Positions 62,301 through 64,000 of a stretch of DNA of 64,000 bases are shown in pieces. Under the pieces are notes generated by a model. The model was given only the letters and a program-made list of their open reading frames with translations. It had not been told where the DNA came from and did not search any database. Position 1 is the stretch's first letter. Each line of letters begins with the position of its first letter. The position numbers were made by a program, and so were the translations under genes. The DNA lies in NCBI RefSeq assembly GCF_018977255.1, contig NW_024704743.1:11658001-11722000 (forward strand), in the 5' to 3' direction. The stretch comes from Callorhinchus milii. Lineage: Eukaryota.

Positions 62301-63378
62301 GAGAAGTCTGTGGAGATGGAGCAGGAGGGGGTGAAGTGTAGGTTAAAGTCGCCCAGGATGATGAGGCGATCGGAGCAGAGGCAAAGAGATGTGAGGAGTG
62401 TTGAAATGTCAGAGATGAAGGTGGGAGAGGTTTTAGGGGGCCGGTAGAGGAGGAGGATTTTAAGGGAGAGGAATGAGGGGTGGGAGAGGGTGAGGTGCTC
62501 AAAGGAGGGGAAAGAGCCAGAGGAGTAGGGGGATAGGGCAAGTGGTGTCCTTGAGATAAGGGCAACACCACCGCCACGGCGGTTGGGGCGGGGGATGTGG
62601 TGGGAGGTGTAGCCGGGTGGCGTGGCCTCCGTGAGGGGGAAGGTGTCGCCTGGGGTGAGCCAGGTTTCTGTTAAGGCCATGATATCAACGTTCTCATCAA
62701 GGATGAGATCGTTGATGACCAGGGCCTTGTTGCAGAGGGAGCGGACATTTTGCAGTCCGATGTGGAGGGAGCGGTTGACAGAAGGGTGTGTGGGAGGGGA
62801 GGGGGGTCCAGGTTGTGAGGCAGGGTGGGGGGAATGGGGATGAGGGAGGAGAGGTTGACTCCCCGGGTCTGTGTCCGGGGTGGGTGGCGAGTGTGGTGGG
62901 GAATGGGGCAGTCGGTGTGGCTGCTGCTGGACAGCCAACGCCGAGTGCCACGGTGAGCCCGGCGGAGGATTCCCAGGCTGGAGCAGAGGGAGGTTGTGGG
63001 AGGGTCAAGTGGGGATAGAAGACGAGAGGGACGGAGAGAGAGGAGGAGAGAGCGGGAGAGATGCAGAGGGGGGAGGGTTTGGGGGGAGAGAGGAGGGGGG
63101 CGGGAGGGAGGGGGTGAGGGGGCTCGGGTCAAAGCGGCAGCCATAGTGCGCACGCGGGGACCGGGAGCGAGCGGTCAGGTGGATGGCATTATCCCGTAGT
63201 AGCTTTCCCGCTACTTGTCCAGCTAGGACCACCCTTCCTGTTAGGGCTTTGGCTTGCAGGGTTATCAGGAGCTGAGCGGGATGATTCCTTGCCCCCAGTG
63301 ACTGGTCTGCCCTTCTAAGTCTTGCCGTTGAGCCAGGATGGCTGTGCTGTCATCCCTTGAGCAGAGATCCCAGCAGCG
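59365..63378 (-). mobile_element. RTE-X-like 3'UTR copy split by the L2 insertion (pieces 59365-59742 and 63201-63378)
   Basis: The rejoined flanks read TGGCAAGCTTTCCCGCTACTTGTCC, matching uninterrupted copies at ~33755 and ~47196. Confidence 0.7.
59743..63200 (-). mobile_element. Near-full-length young L2 LINE (EN+RT, ATG 63144, stop ~59890) with 7-bp TSD
   Basis: TSD AGCTTTC at 59736-59742 and 63201-63207; EN motifs QNVRSL, LTETWL, LGDFN and SDH; RT motifs [30 protein letters not shown] and YADD; (TTG)n tail. Confidence 0.96.
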
Positions 63379-63379
63379 T

Positions 63380-64000
63380 GAGGAGGGAACTGAGTGAAGT
63401 GGAACAGAGTGAGAATTCAGTTAAGGAATTTGGTGAGAGTGGTAATTCGATGCAGAGGGGGAAAAGAGGTGCTGAATTATAAAGTGTATAATATTTATTT
63501 TAAAATAATATAAAAATGTCTGGGAATATGGCAGGGCAGCTGAGACCATTTGCATGAACAATGTGTGCGGTGTGGGAACTCCAGGATGCTTTGTGTGCCC
63601 TGGACAGACATGTGTGCAGGAAGTGCCTCTGGCTGCTCGCGCTTGTGCTCAGAGTTTCTAGGAGAGGCTGAGGCTGGTGTTACTACATAGCATATGGGAG
63701 GCTGAAGAGTTCATGGATCGAGCGTTTCAGGAGGTGGTCACCCCACAGCTGCAGAGGGTTCAGAAGGAGAGTGAGTGGTGATCACCTGGCATGGTAGGAA
63801 GAGGGGGCAGAAATCCCCTGAGAGAGTGGCATTCACAAACCAGTTCTCTGTACTGAATACCGGCCATGGTGATGACACCTCTGGGGAGGGGAGTCGAAAG
63901 CAAATGGATGCACAGGAGATACAGGGAAGAGTGTCATTGTAATTGTCATTGGGGACACAATGGTGAAAGGAGTAGACAGGCGTTTCTGCAACCAAAGACG
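63380..64000 (+). mobile_element. 5' end and ORF1 of a CR1 (continues beyond the window)
   Basis: ATGGCAGGGCAG..VWELQDA..HVCRKC; reverse complement of the 56930-57360 region. Confidence 0.82.

Overview
Repeat-rich vertebrate genomic DNA. The L2, CR1, CORE-SINE and DeuSINE content suggests a cartilaginous fish such as a chimaera or elephant shark (inference). Three spliced genes can be read from the sequence. (1) Coding exon 1 of XYLB (xylulokinase) on the minus strand, 970-1020, with a CpG-rich TATA promoter. (2) A complete two-exon C9orf152-like gene on the plus strand, 20488-20719 + 26401-27017, about 282 aa. (3) The first five coding exons of a divergent NUB1-like gene on the plus strand, 37402-58902, continuing beyond the window. 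Most of the rest is transposon-derived: young L2 LINEs, including a near-full-length, apparently single-ORF copy with a 7-bp TSD; CR1 LINEs; tRNA-derived CORE-type and Deu-type SINEs sharing the L2 3' stem-loop; an old poly(A)-tailed RTE-X-like family; a GTF2IRD2/SPIN-like hAT element with an 8-bp TSD; several MITEs; a GT-rich minisatellite beside an assembly gap; and a local ~0.8-kb duplication flanking a NUB1 exon. I found no clear wholly new biological system. The best leads are the possibly intact L2 with its dependent SINEs, the inverted L2 pair around a NUB1 exon, the uncharacterised C9orf152-like gene, and the unclassified repeats. Homology calls come from recalled sequences, not searches, and repeat boundaries are approximate unless a TSD or TIR is quoted.
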